Source of the DNA: Octopus sinensis
Taxonomy: Eukaryota
Assembly: GCF_006345805.1 (NCBI RefSeq)
Contig: NC_043002.1
Coordinates: 84,754,001 to 84,818,000 of the forward strand
Direction: 5' to 3'
Length of the DNA stretch: 64,000 nt
A program made the translations under genes and the position numbers. This document shows, in pieces, positions 63,310 through 64,000 of this stretch (position 1 is its first letter; every line of letters starts with the position of its first letter). Under the pieces are notes generated by a model that did not search any database, was not told the origin of the DNA, and saw only the letters and a program-made list of their open reading frames with translations.

Positions 63310-63520
63310 TACTGAAGGCGCAAGTCTTGAAATTTTCGGGAAGGGGATTAGTCAAATACATTGGCCCCAGTGCGCAAATGGTCCTTTATTAATCAGCCCC
63401 GAAAGGATGAAAGACAAAGTCGGCCTCGGTAGAATTTGAACTCAGAGCATTGCAGCAGACGAAATACCGCTAAGCATTTCACTCGGAGTCCTAACGATTC
63501 TGCCAGCTCGCCGCCTTAAT
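63310..63520 (-). mobile_element. SINE B, tail type 2
   Basis: Head ggcggcgagctggcagaatcgttagg on the minus strand. Confidence 0.8.
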
Positions 63521-63646
63521 CTTACTAAGAGCGCACCGGATAATCTAGTTCTTGGTAGATATTATTACACCCCCCCCCCCAAAAAAAAAAATTGAGATGG
63601 TCTCAGATGGGACATCTTTTAGAACAAGTCTACACTACTGCTGCTG

Positions 63647-63682
<36 letters not shown>

Positions 63683-64000
63683 AGAAACCAGCATTCGTAA
63701 AGGCAAATTCATTTCCTTGCCAAACGTTTAAATTTATATGGAATTCCTAGCTCTTAGATCACTTCACGCAATGGTTCTCGTATTTGTATGTTACTTTCAC
63801 GTCTTGTAGATGTAGAAACAATTTGTTGCGGGTTTTATGGCACCAGGAGATAACAAGAAAGGGGAAAATATGTGTATATGTCAAATACTATGATTTTGCT
63901 TTTGCTTTGTTTTTTGAATTGTTTCAAACGTGAAACTTATTTCGTTTCACCCATCAAAGTTTTTACTTCCAATCCACATTTTTTAAAAAACTCTATTCAC

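Overview
AT-rich, repeat-saturated animal DNA with no recognisable host gene. The SINE families and microsatellite load suggest an octopus/cephalopod intron or intergenic region (inference). Most ORFs in the supplied track are translations of (TA)n, (CA)n, (ACAT)n or trinucleotide repeats. Supportable content: many tRNA-headed SINE copies (a CORE-like family A, a Meta-domain-like family B with two alternative tails, and others), decayed mariner, maT-like and rosa-like transposons, Tigger-, Merlin- and hAT-like MITEs, non-autonomous Helitrons, RTE LINE fragments, Penelope-like element (PLE) fragments, and one Tx1/L1-type LINE with both ends and an internal deletion. The main signals are: (1) several distinct type I hammerhead ribozyme motifs inside hairpin-shaped elements that sit in (TA)n tracts, including a U3-A8 covariant core and a palindrome that folds back at the predicted cleavage site; (2) a roughly 1.4 kb inverted locus duplication (44318-50098 vs 51928-53781) containing nested palindromes; (3) a 26-nt identity between the Tx1-like LINE 3' end and the SINE B tail; (4) a twin-priming-type 5' inversion in an RTE element. 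A 100-N gap lies at 59639-59738. Everything was read and aligned by eye, so most boundaries are approximate to within a few bases.
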